From NCBI GenBank assembly GCA_051362555.1, contig JBPQGU010000016.1, positions 2,480,001 through 2,544,000 of the forward strand: a stretch of DNA of 64,000 nucleotides, in the 5' to 3' direction. The notes under the pieces were generated by a model, which was not told the DNA's origin, made no database searches, and worked only from the letters and a program-made list of their open reading frames with translations. Positions 27,201 to 39,400 of this stretch are shown here, piece after piece. Both the position numbers and the translations under genes were made by a program. This DNA comes from Lingula anatina (lineage: Eukaryota; Animalia; Brachiopoda). How positions within the stretch are numbered: position 1 is the first letter of the stretch; every line of letters starts with the position of its first letter.

Positions 27201-28598
27201 GTGTGCTTTCTGGCAATCTTTAAAGCTGAAATTGGGGGCTTTAATGAAGTGACCCGGGCGCGTTTCCACATTTTTTATGAATGTCAGGTGTGGTAAATTA
27301 ATTTTCATCACTTTTTGGAAAAATTGGTGACGGGTCATTTTTGGGTGATTTTGAGAGATTTTCGTAAGGTCCGGATATGGCAGTTTTCTTCAATTTTGGC
27401 CAGGTAGGGATGAAAAATTTTTTTCTTCAATATTGTGTCAGGTAGGTGTGTTTGGTCATTTGTAGTGAGGGTAAAGTGCTGGAAGAGGGATTGTGTCATT
27501 ATTTAGGAAGAAATAGAGCAAAAACTCTCTCCACCCCCCCTCTCTCCAAATCCTGTTCTCAGGTGTGCTTTCTGGCAATCTTTAAAGCTGAAATTGGGGG
27601 CTTTAATGAAGTGACCCGGGCGCGTTTCCACATTTTTTATGAATGTCAGGTGTGGTAAATTAATTTTCATCACTTTTTGGAAAAATTGGTGACGGGTCAT
27701 TTTTGGGTGATTTTGAGAGATTTTCGTAAGGTCCGGATATGGCAGTTTTCTTCAATTTTGGCCAGGTAGGGATGAAAAATTTTTTTCTTCAATATTGTGT
27801 CAGGTAGGTGTGTTTGGTCATTTGTAGTGAGGGTAAAGTGCTGGAAGAGGGATTGTGTCATTATTTAGGAAGAAATAGAGCAAAAACTCTCTCCACCCCC
27901 CCTCTCTCCAAATCCTGTTCTCAGGTGTGCTTTCTGGCAATCTTTAAAGCTGAAATTGGGGGCTTTAATGAAGTGACCCGGGCGCGTTTCCACATTTTTT
28001 ATGAATGTCAGGTGTGGTAAATTAATTTTCATCACTTTTTGGAAAAATTGGTGACGGGTCATTTTTGGGTGATTTTGAGAGATTTTCGTAAGGTCCGGAT
28101 ATGGCAGTTTTCTTCAATTTTGGCCAGGTAGGGATGAAAAATTTTTTTCTTCAATATTGTGTCAGGTAGGTGTGTTTGGTCATTTGTAGTGAGGGTAAAG
28201 TGCTGGAAGAGGGATTGTGTCATTATTTAGGAAGAAATAGAGCAAAAACTCTCTCCACCCCCCCTCTCTCCAAATCCTGTTCTCAGGTGTGCTTTCTGGC
28301 AATCTTTAAAGCTGAAATTGGGGGCTTTAATGAAGTGACCCGGGCGCGTTTCCACATTTTTTATGAATGTCAGGTGTGGTAAATTAATTTTCATCACTTT
28401 TTGGAAAAATTGGTGACGGGTCATTTTTGGGTGATTTTGAGAGATTTTCGTAAGGTCCGGATATGGCAGTTTTCTTCAATTTTGGCCAGGTAGGGATGAA
28501 AAATTTTTTTCTTCAATATTGTGTCAGGTAGGTGTGTTTGGTCATTTGTAGTGAGGGTAAAGTGCTGGAAGAGGGATTGTGTCATTATTTAGGAAGAA

Positions 28599-28790
28599 AT
28601 AGAGCAAAAACTCTCTCCACCCCCCCTCTCTCCAAATCCTGTTCTCAGGTGTGCTTTCTGGCAATCTTTAAAGCTGAAATTGGGGGCTTTAATGAAGTGA
28701 CCCGGGCGCGTTTCCACATTTTTTATGAATGTCAGGTGTGGTAAATCTCCACCCCCCCTCTCTCCAAATCCTGTTCTCAGGTGTGCTTTT
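28599..28790. other. Out-of-register A/B junction (A position 148 joined to B position 17; 132-bp phase shift)
   Basis: The sequence reads ...caggtgtggtaaat|ctccaccccccctc... The last A-diagnostic base is 28744 (a146) and the first B-diagnostic base is 28790 (t60). The minus-strand ORF start falls at 28918 instead of the expected 28786 (+132). Confidence 0.95.
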
Positions 28791-29092
28791 TGGCCATCTT
28801 TAAAGCTGAAATTGGGGGCTTTAATGAAGTGATCCGGGCGCGTTTCCACATTTTTTATGAATGACAGGTGTGGTAGATTGATTTTCATCACTTTTTGGAA
28901 AATTTGGTGACGGGTCATTTTTGGGTGATTTTGAGTGATTTTCGTAAGGTCCGGATATGGCAGTTTTCTTCAATTTTGGCCAGGTAGGGTTGAAAAATTT
29001 TTTTCTTCATTATAGTGTCTGGTAGGTGTGTTTGGTCATTTGTAGTCAGAATAAAGTGCTGGAAGAGTGGTTGTGTCATTATTAAGGAAGAA

Positions 29093-29450
29093 ATAGAGCA
29101 AAAACTCTCTCCACCCTCCCTCTCTCTCCAAATCCTGTTCTCAGGTGTGCTTTTTGGCCATCTTTAAAGCTGAAATTGGGGGCTTTAATGAAGTGATCCG
29201 GGCGCGTTTCCACATTTTTTATGAATGACAGGTGTGGTAGATTGATTTTCATCACTTTTTGGAAAATTTGGTGACGGGTCATTTTTGGGTGATTTTGAGT
29301 GATTTTCGTAAGGTCCGGATATGGCAGTTTTCTTCAATTTTGGCCAGGTAGGGTTGAAAAATTTTTTTCTTCATTATAGTGTCTGGTAGGTGTGTTTGGT
29401 CATTTGTAGTCAGAATAAAGTGCTGGAAGAGTGGTTGTGTCATTATTAAA
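29093..29450. repeat. Variant B monomer (358 bp): C>T at 29117, +TC in the pyrimidine tract, 6-bp deletion (ggaaga) near 29449
   Basis: ccaccctccctctctctcca and cattattaaaatagag, versus consensus ccaccccccctctctcca and cattattaaggaagaaatagag. Confidence 0.9.
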
Positions 29451-29634
29451 ATAGAGCAAAAACTCTCTCCACCCCCCCTCTCTCCAAATCCTGTTCTCAG
29501 GTGTGCTTTTTGGCCATCTTTAAAGCTGAAATTGGGGGCTTTAATGAAGTGATCCGGGCGCGTTTCCACATTTTTTATGAATGACAGGTGTGGTAGATTG
29601 ATTTTCATCACTTTTTGGAAAATTTGGTGACGGG

Positions 29635-30000
29635 TCATTTTTGGGTGATTTTGAGTGATTTTCGTAAGGTCCGGATATGGCAGTTTTCTTCAATTTTGGC
29701 CAGGTAGGGTTGAAAAATTTTTTTCTTCATTATAGTGTCTGGTAGGTGTGTTTGGTCATTTGTAGTCAGAATAAAGTGCTGGAAGAGTGGTTGTGTCATT
29801 ATTAAGGAAGAAATAGAGCAAAAACTCTCTCCACCCCCCCTCTCTCCAAATCCTGTTCTCAGGTGTGCTTTTTGGCCATCTTTAAAGCTGAAATTGGGGG
29901 CTTTAATGAAGTGATCCGGGCGCGTTTCCACATTTTTTATGAATGACAGGTGTGGTAGATTGATTTTCATCACTTTTTGGAAAATTTGGTGACGGGTCAT
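29635..30000 (-). CDS. Representative 121-aa ORF present in most type-B monomers; no recognisable product, probably not a real gene
   Basis: An open frame spans the entire monomer and overlaps the next copy by ATGA. It has no recognisable domain, is interrupted by TAA in type A, and is frameshifted in several B copies. Confidence 0.1.
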   Translation of the reverse strand: MTRHQIFQKVMKINLPHLSFIKNVETRPDHFIKAPNFSFKDGQKAHLRTGFGERGGGESFCSISSLIMTQPLFQHFILTTNDQTHLPDTIMKKKIFQPYLAKIEENCHIRTLRKSLKITQK

Positions 30001-33000
30001 TTTTGGGTGATTTTGAGTGATTTTCGTAAGGTCCGGATATGGCAGTTTTCTTCAATTTTGGCCAGGTAGGGTTGAAAAATTTTTTTCTTCATTATAGTGT
30101 CTGGTAGGTGTGTTTGGTCATTTGTAGTCAGAATAAAGTGCTGGAAGAGTGGTTGTGTCATTATTAAGGAAGAAATAGAGCAAAAACTCTCTCCACCCCC
30201 CCTCTCTCCAAATCCTGTTCTCAGGTGTGCTTTTTGGCCATCTTTAAAGCTGAAATTGGGGGCTTTAATGAAGTGATCCGGGCGCGTTTCCACATTTTTT
30301 ATGAATGACAGGTGTGGTAGATTGATTTTCATCACTTTTTGGAAAATTTGGTGACGGGTCATTTTTGGGTGATTTTGAGTGATTTTCGTAAGGTCCGGAT
30401 ATGGCAGTTTTCTTCAATTTTGGCCAGGTAGGGTTGAAAAATTTTTTTCTTCATTATAGTGTCTGGTAGGTGTGTTTGGTCATTTGTAGTCAGAATAAAG
30501 TGCTGGAAGAGTGGTTGTGTCATTATTAAGGAAGAAATAGAGCAAAAACTCTCTCCACCCCCCCTCTCTCCAAATCCTGTTCTCAGGTGTGCTTTTTGGC
30601 CATCTTTAAAGCTGAAATTGGGGGCTTTAATGAAGTGATCCGGGCGCGTTTCCACATTTTTTATGAATGACAGGTGTGGTAGATTGATTTTCATCACTTT
30701 TTGGAAAATTTGGTGACGGGTCATTTTTGGGTGATTTTGAGTGATTTTCGTAAGGTCCGGATATGGCAGTTTTCTTCAATTTTGGCCAGGTAGGGTTGAA
30801 AAATTTTTTTCTTCATTATAGTGTCTGGTAGGTGTGTTTGGTCATTTGTAGTCAGAATAAAGTGCTGGAAGAGTGGTTGTGTCATTATTAAGGAAGAAAT
30901 AGAGCAAAAACTCTCTCCACCCCCCCTCTCTCCAAATCCTGTTCTCAGGTGTGCTTTTTGGCCATCTTTAAAGCTGAAATTGGGGGCTTTAATGAAGTGA
31001 TCCGGGCGCGTTTCCACATTTTTTATGAATGACAGGTGTGGTAGATTGATTTTCATCACTTTTTGGAAAATTTGGTGACGGGTCATTTTTGGGTGATTTT
31101 GAGTGATTTTCGTAAGGTCCGGATATGGCAGTTTTCTTCAATTTTGGCCAGGTAGGGTTGAAAAATTTTTTTCTTCATTATAGTGTCTGGTAGGTGTGTT
31201 TGGTCATTTGTAGTCAGAATAAAGTGCTGGAAGAGTGGTTGTGTCATTATTAAGGAAGAAATAGAGCAAAAACTCTCTCCACCCCCCCTCTCTCCAAATC
31301 CTGTTCTCAGGTGTGCTTTTTGGCCATCTTTAAAGCTGAAATTGGGGGCTTTAATGAAGTGATCCGGGCGCGTTTCCACATTTTTTATGAATGACAGGTG
31401 TGGTAGATTGATTTTCATCACTTTTTGGAAAATTTGGTGACGGGTCATTTTTGGGTGATTTTGAGTGATTTTCGTAAGGTCCGGATATGGCAGTTTTCTT
31501 CAATTTTGGCCAGGTAGGGTTGAAAAATTTTTTTCTTCATTATAGTGTCTGGTAGGTGTGTTTGGTCATTTGTAGTCAGAATAAAGTGCTGGAAGAGTGG
31601 TTGTGTCATTATTAAGGAAGAAATAGAGCAAAAACTCTCTCCACCCCCCCTCTCTCCAAATCCTGTTCTCAGGTGTGCTTTTTGGCCATCTTTAAAGCTG
31701 AAATTGGGGGCTTTAATGAAGTGATCCGGGCGCGTTTCCACATTTTTTATGAATGACAGGTGTGGTAGATTGATTTTCATCACTTTTTGGAAAATTTGGT
31801 GACGGGTCATTTTTGGGTGATTTTGAGTGATTTTCGTAAGGTCCGGATATGGCAGTTTTCTTCAATTTTGGCCAGGTAGGGTTGAAAAATTTTTTTCTTC
31901 ATTATAGTGTCTGGTAGGTGTGTTTGGTCATTTGTAGTCAGAATAAAGTGCTGGAAGAGTGGTTGTGTCATTATTAAGGAAGAAATAGAGCAAAAACTCT
32001 CTCCACCCCCCCTCTCTCCAAATCCTGTTCTCAGGTGTGCTTTTTGGCCATCTTTAAAGCTGAAATTGGGGGCTTTAATGAAGTGATCCGGGCGCGTTTC
32101 CACATTTTTTATGAATGACAGGTGTGGTAGATTGATTTTCATCACTTTTTGGAAAATTTGGTGACGGGTCATTTTTGGGTGATTTTGAGTGATTTTCGTA
32201 AGGTCCGGATATGGCAGTTTTCTTCAATTTTGGCCAGGTAGGGTTGAAAAATTTTTTTCTTCATTATAGTGTCTGGTAGGTGTGTTTGGTCATTTGTAGT
32301 CAGAATAAAGTGCTGGAAGAGTGGTTGTGTCATTATTAAGGAAGAAATAGAGCAAAAACTCTCTCCACCCCCCCTCTCTCCAAATCCTGTTCTCAGGTGT
32401 GCTTTTTGGCCATCTTTAAAGCTGAAATTGGGGGCTTTAATGAAGTGATCCGGGCGCGTTTCCACATTTTTTATGAATGACAGGTGTGGTAGATTGATTT
32501 TCATCACTTTTTGGAAAATTTGGTGACGGGTCATTTTTGGGTGATTTTGAGTGATTTTCGTAAGGTCCGGATATGGCAGTTTTCTTCAATTTTGGCCAGG
32601 TAGGGTTGAAAAATTTTTTTCTTCATTATAGTGTCTGGTAGGTGTGTTTGGTCATTTGTAGTCAGAATAAAGTGCTGGAAGAGTGGTTGTGTCATTATTA
32701 AGGAAGAAATAGAGCAAAAACTCTCTCCACCCCCCCTCTCTCCAAATCCTGTTCTCAGGTGTGCTTTTTGGCCATCTTTAAAGCTGAAATTGGGGGCTTT
32801 AATGAAGTGATCCGGGCGCGTTTCCACATTTTTTATGAATGACAGGTGTGGTAGATTGATTTTCATCACTTTTTGGAAAATTTGGTGACGGGTCATTTTT
32901 GGGTGATTTTGAGTGATTTTCGTAAGGTCCGGATATGGCAGTTTTCTTCAATTTTGGCCAGGTAGGGTTGAAAAATTTTTTTCTTCATTATAGTGTCTGG

Positions 33001-33070
33001 TAGGTGTGTTTGGTCATTTGTAGTCAGAATAAAGTGCTGGAAGAGTGGTTGTGTCATTATTAAGGAAGAA

Positions 33071-33431
33071 ATAGAGCAAAAACTCTCTCCCCCCCCCTCT
33101 CTCCAAATCCTGTTCTCAGGTGTGCTTTTTGGCCATCTTTAAAGCTGAAATTGGGGGCTTTAATGAAGTGATCCGGGCGCGTTTCCACATTTTTTATGAA
33201 TGACAGGTGTGGTAGATTGATTTTCATCACTTTTTGGAAAATTTGGTGACGGGTCATTTTTGGGTGATTTTGAGTGATTTTCGTAAGGTCCGGATATGGC
33301 AGTTTTCTTCAATTTTGGCCAGGTAGGGTTGAAAAATTTTTTTCTTCATTATAGTGTCTGGTAGGTGTGTTTGGTCATTTGTAGTCAGAATAAAGTGCTG
33401 GAAGAGTGGTTGTGTCATTATTAAGGAAGAA
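33071..33431. repeat. Variant B monomer (361 bp): loss of the A interrupting the C tract, giving C9
   Basis: The C run at 33089-33097 has no intervening A, and the ORF-track period drops by 1. Confidence 0.85.
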
Positions 33432-36400
33432 ATAGAGCAAAAACTCTCTCCACCCCCCCTCTCTCCAAATCCTGTTCTCAGGTGTGCTTTTTGGCCATCT
33501 TTAAAGCTGAAATTGGGGGCTTTAATGAAGTGATCCGGGCGCGTTTCCACATTTTTTATGAATGACAGGTGTGGTAGATTGATTTTCATCACTTTTTGGA
33601 AAATTTGGTGACGGGTCATTTTTGGGTGATTTTGAGTGATTTTCGTAAGGTCCGGATATGGCAGTTTTCTTCAATTTTGGCCAGGTAGGGTTGAAAAATT
33701 TTTTTCTTCATTATAGTGTCTGGTAGGTGTGTTTGGTCATTTGTAGTCAGAATAAAGTGCTGGAAGAGTGGTTGTGTCATTATTAAGGAAGAAATAGAGC
33801 AAAAACTCTCTCCACCCCCCCTCTCTCCAAATCCTGTTCTCAGGTGTGCTTTTTGGCCATCTTTAAAGCTGAAATTGGGGGCTTTAATGAAGTGATCCGG
33901 GCGCGTTTCCACATTTTTTATGAATGACAGGTGTGGTAGATTGATTTTCATCACTTTTTGGAAAATTTGGTGACGGGTCATTTTTGGGTGATTTTGAGTG
34001 ATTTTCGTAAGGTCCGGATATGGCAGTTTTCTTCAATTTTGGCCAGGTAGGGTTGAAAAATTTTTTTCTTCATTATAGTGTCTGGTAGGTGTGTTTGGTC
34101 ATTTGTAGTCAGAATAAAGTGCTGGAAGAGTGGTTGTGTCATTATTAAGGAAGAAATAGAGCAAAAACTCTCTCCACCCCCCCTCTCTCCAAATCCTGTT
34201 CTCAGGTGTGCTTTTTGGCCATCTTTAAAGCTGAAATTGGGGGCTTTAATGAAGTGATCCGGGCGCGTTTCCACATTTTTTATGAATGACAGGTGTGGTA
34301 GATTGATTTTCATCACTTTTTGGAAAATTTGGTGACGGGTCATTTTTGGGTGATTTTGAGTGATTTTCGTAAGGTCCGGATATGGCAGTTTTCTTCAATT
34401 TTGGCCAGGTAGGGTTGAAAAATTTTTTTCTTCATTATAGTGTCTGGTAGGTGTGTTTGGTCATTTGTAGTCAGAATAAAGTGCTGGAAGAGTGGTTGTG
34501 TCATTATTAAGGAAGAAATAGAGCAAAAACTCTCTCCACCCCCCCTCTCTCCAAATCCTGTTCTCAGGTGTGCTTTTTGGCCATCTTTAAAGCTGAAATT
34601 GGGGGCTTTAATGAAGTGATCCGGGCGCGTTTCCACATTTTTTATGAATGACAGGTGTGGTAGATTGATTTTCATCACTTTTTGGAAAATTTGGTGACGG
34701 GTCATTTTTGGGTGATTTTGAGTGATTTTCGTAAGGTCCGGATATGGCAGTTTTCTTCAATTTTGGCCAGGTAGGGTTGAAAAATTTTTTTCTTCATTAT
34801 AGTGTCTGGTAGGTGTGTTTGGTCATTTGTAGTCAGAATAAAGTGCTGGAAGAGTGGTTGTGTCATTATTAAGGAAGAAATAGAGCAAAAACTCTCTCCA
34901 CCCCCCCTCTCTCCAAATCCTGTTCTCAGGTGTGCTTTTTGGCCATCTTTAAAGCTGAAATTGGGGGCTTTAATGAAGTGATCCGGGCGCGTTTCCACAT
35001 TTTTTATGAATGACAGGTGTGGTAGATTGATTTTCATCACTTTTTGGAAAATTTGGTGACGGGTCATTTTTGGGTGATTTTGAGTGATTTTCGTAAGGTC
35101 CGGATATGGCAGTTTTCTTCAATTTTGGCCAGGTAGGGTTGAAAAATTTTTTTCTTCATTATAGTGTCTGGTAGGTGTGTTTGGTCATTTGTAGTCAGAA
35201 TAAAGTGCTGGAAGAGTGGTTGTGTCATTATTAAGGAAGAAATAGAGCAAAAACTCTCTCCACCCCCCCTCTCTCCAAATCCTGTTCTCAGGTGTGCTTT
35301 TTGGCCATCTTTAAAGCTGAAATTGGGGGCTTTAATGAAGTGATCCGGGCGCGTTTCCACATTTTTTATGAATGACAGGTGTGGTAGATTGATTTTCATC
35401 ACTTTTTGGAAAATTTGGTGACGGGTCATTTTTGGGTGATTTTGAGTGATTTTCGTAAGGTCCGGATATGGCAGTTTTCTTCAATTTTGGCCAGGTAGGG
35501 TTGAAAAATTTTTTTCTTCATTATAGTGTCTGGTAGGTGTGTTTGGTCATTTGTAGTCAGAATAAAGTGCTGGAAGAGTGGTTGTGTCATTATTAAGGAA
35601 GAAATAGAGCAAAAACTCTCTCCACCCCCCCTCTCTCCAAATCCTGTTCTCAGGTGTGCTTTTTGGCCATCTTTAAAGCTGAAATTGGGGGCTTTAATGA
35701 AGTGATCCGGGCGCGTTTCCACATTTTTTATGAATGACAGGTGTGGTAGATTGATTTTCATCACTTTTTGGAAAATTTGGTGACGGGTCATTTTTGGGTG
35801 ATTTTGAGTGATTTTCGTAAGGTCCGGATATGGCAGTTTTCTTCAATTTTGGCCAGGTAGGGTTGAAAAATTTTTTTCTTCATTATAGTGTCTGGTAGGT
35901 GTGTTTGGTCATTTGTAGTCAGAATAAAGTGCTGGAAGAGTGGTTGTGTCATTATTAAGGAAGAAATAGAGCAAAAACTCTCTCCACCCCCCCTCTCTCC
36001 AAATCCTGTTCTCAGGTGTGCTTTTTGGCCATCTTTAAAGCTGAAATTGGGGGCTTTAATGAAGTGATCCGGGCGCGTTTCCACATTTTTTATGAATGAC
36101 AGGTGTGGTAGATTGATTTTCATCACTTTTTGGAAAATTTGGTGACGGGTCATTTTTGGGTGATTTTGAGTGATTTTCGTAAGGTCCGGATATGGCAGTT
36201 TTCTTCAATTTTGGCCAGGTAGGGTTGAAAAATTTTTTTCTTCATTATAGTGTCTGGTAGGTGTGTTTGGTCATTTGTAGTCAGAATAAAGTGCTGGAAG
36301 AGTGGTTGTGTCATTATTAAGGAAGAAATAGAGCAAAAACTCTCTCCACCCCCCCTCTCTCCAAATCCTGTTCTCAGGTGTGCTTTTTGGCCATCTTTAA

Positions 36401-39400
36401 AGCTGAAATTGGGGGCTTTAATGAAGTGATCCGGGCGCGTTTCCACATTTTTTATGAATGACAGGTGTGGTAGATTGATTTTCATCACTTTTTGGAAAAT
36501 TTGGTGACGGGTCATTTTTGGGTGATTTTGAGTGATTTTCGTAAGGTCCGGATATGGCAGTTTTCTTCAATTTTGGCCAGGTAGGGTTGAAAAATTTTTT
36601 TCTTCATTATAGTGTCTGGTAGGTGTGTTTGGTCATTTGTAGTCAGAATAAAGTGCTGGAAGAGTGGTTGTGTCATTATTAAGGAAGAAATAGAGCAAAA
36701 ACTCTCTCCACCCCCCCTCTCTCCAAATCCTGTTCTCAGGTGTGCTTTTTGGCCATCTTTAAAGCTGAAATTGGGGGCTTTAATGAAGTGATCCGGGCGC
36801 GTTTCCACATTTTTTATGAATGACAGGTGTGGTAGATTGATTTTCATCACTTTTTGGAAAATTTGGTGACGGGTCATTTTTGGGTGATTTTGAGTGATTT
36901 TCGTAAGGTCCGGATATGGCAGTTTTCTTCAATTTTGGCCAGGTAGGGTTGAAAAATTTTTTTCTTCATTATAGTGTCTGGTAGGTGTGTTTGGTCATTT
37001 GTAGTCAGAATAAAGTGCTGGAAGAGTGGTTGTGTCATTATTAAGGAAGAAATAGAGCAAAAACTCTCTCCACCCCCCCTCTCTCCAAATCCTGTTCTCA
37101 GGTGTGCTTTTTGGCCATCTTTAAAGCTGAAATTGGGGGCTTTAATGAAGTGATCCGGGCGCGTTTCCACATTTTTTATGAATGACAGGTGTGGTAGATT
37201 GATTTTCATCACTTTTTGGAAAATTTGGTGACGGGTCATTTTTGGGTGATTTTGAGTGATTTTCGTAAGGTCCGGATATGGCAGTTTTCTTCAATTTTGG
37301 CCAGGTAGGGTTGAAAAATTTTTTTCTTCATTATAGTGTCTGGTAGGTGTGTTTGGTCATTTGTAGTCAGAATAAAGTGCTGGAAGAGTGGTTGTGTCAT
37401 TATTAAGGAAGAAATAGAGCAAAAACTCTCTCCACCCCCCCTCTCTCCAAATCCTGTTCTCAGGTGTGCTTTTTGGCCATCTTTAAAGCTGAAATTGGGG
37501 GCTTTAATGAAGTGATCCGGGCGCGTTTCCACATTTTTTATGAATGACAGGTGTGGTAGATTGATTTTCATCACTTTTTGGAAAATTTGGTGACGGGTCA
37601 TTTTTGGGTGATTTTGAGTGATTTTCGTAAGGTCCGGATATGGCAGTTTTCTTCAATTTTGGCCAGGTAGGGTTGAAAAATTTTTTTCTTCATTATAGTG
37701 TCTGGTAGGTGTGTTTGGTCATTTGTAGTCAGAATAAAGTGCTGGAAGAGTGGTTGTGTCATTATTAAGGAAGAAATAGAGCAAAAACTCTCTCCACCCC
37801 CCCTCTCTCCAAATCCTGTTCTCAGGTGTGCTTTTTGGCCATCTTTAAAGCTGAAATTGGGGGCTTTAATGAAGTGATCCGGGCGCGTTTCCACATTTTT
37901 TATGAATGACAGGTGTGGTAGATTGATTTTCATCACTTTTTGGAAAATTTGGTGACGGGTCATTTTTGGGTGATTTTGAGTGATTTTCGTAAGGTCCGGA
38001 TATGGCAGTTTTCTTCAATTTTGGCCAGGTAGGGTTGAAAAATTTTTTTCTTCATTATAGTGTCTGGTAGGTGTGTTTGGTCATTTGTAGTCAGAATAAA
38101 GTGCTGGAAGAGTGGTTGTGTCATTATTAAGGAAGAAATAGAGCAAAAACTCTCTCCACCCCCCCTCTCTCCAAATCCTGTTCTCAGGTGTGCTTTTTGG
38201 CCATCTTTAAAGCTGAAATTGGGGGCTTTAATGAAGTGATCCGGGCGCGTTTCCACATTTTTTATGAATGACAGGTGTGGTAGATTGATTTTCATCACTT
38301 TTTGGAAAATTTGGTGACGGGTCATTTTTGGGTGATTTTGAGTGATTTTCGTAAGGTCCGGATATGGCAGTTTTCTTCAATTTTGGCCAGGTAGGGTTGA
38401 AAAATTTTTTTCTTCATTATAGTGTCTGGTAGGTGTGTTTGGTCATTTGTAGTCAGAATAAAGTGCTGGAAGAGTGGTTGTGTCATTATTAAGGAAGAAA
38501 TAGAGCAAAAACTCTCTCCACCCCCCCTCTCTCCAAATCCTGTTCTCAGGTGTGCTTTTTGGCCATCTTTAAAGCTGAAATTGGGGGCTTTAATGAAGTG
38601 ATCCGGGCGCGTTTCCACATTTTTTATGAATGACAGGTGTGGTAGATTGATTTTCATCACTTTTTGGAAAATTTGGTGACGGGTCATTTTTGGGTGATTT
38701 TGAGTGATTTTCGTAAGGTCCGGATATGGCAGTTTTCTTCAATTTTGGCCAGGTAGGGTTGAAAAATTTTTTTCTTCATTATAGTGTCTGGTAGGTGTGT
38801 TTGGTCATTTGTAGTCAGAATAAAGTGCTGGAAGAGTGGTTGTGTCATTATTAAGGAAGAAATAGAGCAAAAACTCTCTCCACCCCCCCTCTCTCCAAAT
38901 CCTGTTCTCAGGTGTGCTTTTTGGCCATCTTTAAAGCTGAAATTGGGGGCTTTAATGAAGTGATCCGGGCGCGTTTCCACATTTTTTATGAATGACAGGT
39001 GTGGTAGATTGATTTTCATCACTTTTTGGAAAATTTGGTGACGGGTCATTTTTGGGTGATTTTGAGTGATTTTCGTAAGGTCCGGATATGGCAGTTTTCT
39101 TCAATTTTGGCCAGGTAGGGTTGAAAAATTTTTTTCTTCATTATAGTGTCTGGTAGGTGTGTTTGGTCATTTGTAGTCAGAATAAAGTGCTGGAAGAGTG
39201 GTTGTGTCATTATTAAGGAAGAAATAGAGCAAAAACTCTCTCCACCCCCCCTCTCTCCAAATCCTGTTCTCAGGTGTGCTTTTTGGCCATCTTTAAAGCT
39301 GAAATTGGGGGCTTTAATGAAGTGATCCGGGCGCGTTTCCACATTTTTTATGAATGACAGGTGTGGTAGATTGATTTTCATCACTTTTTGGAAAATTTGG

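Larger units (their letters stand above)
1..28746. repeat. Satellite subfamily A block (79 full monomers + 148 bp)
   Basis: Diagnostic motifs: tttctggcaatc, gacccggg, atgtcagg, ggtaaattaatt, caatattgtgtcagg, gtgagggtaaag, atttagg. The period is exactly 362 throughout. SNPs seen only at 108 (G>A), 7106 (T>C), 18368 (T>A) and 19289 (C>T). Confidence 0.98.

Noticed and set aside
296-28744. 70-aa (+) and 65-aa (-) ORFs repeated in every type-A monomer
   Set aside because: They are short, overlap antisense to each other and have no recognisable domain. The + ORF starts at GTG and is broken by stops in type B. They are by-products of the repeat.
28589-28918. 109-aa junction ORF with an internal duplication
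   Set aside because: It arises only because the 132-bp phase shift is a multiple of 3 (a 1-in-3 chance). There is no independent evidence of function.
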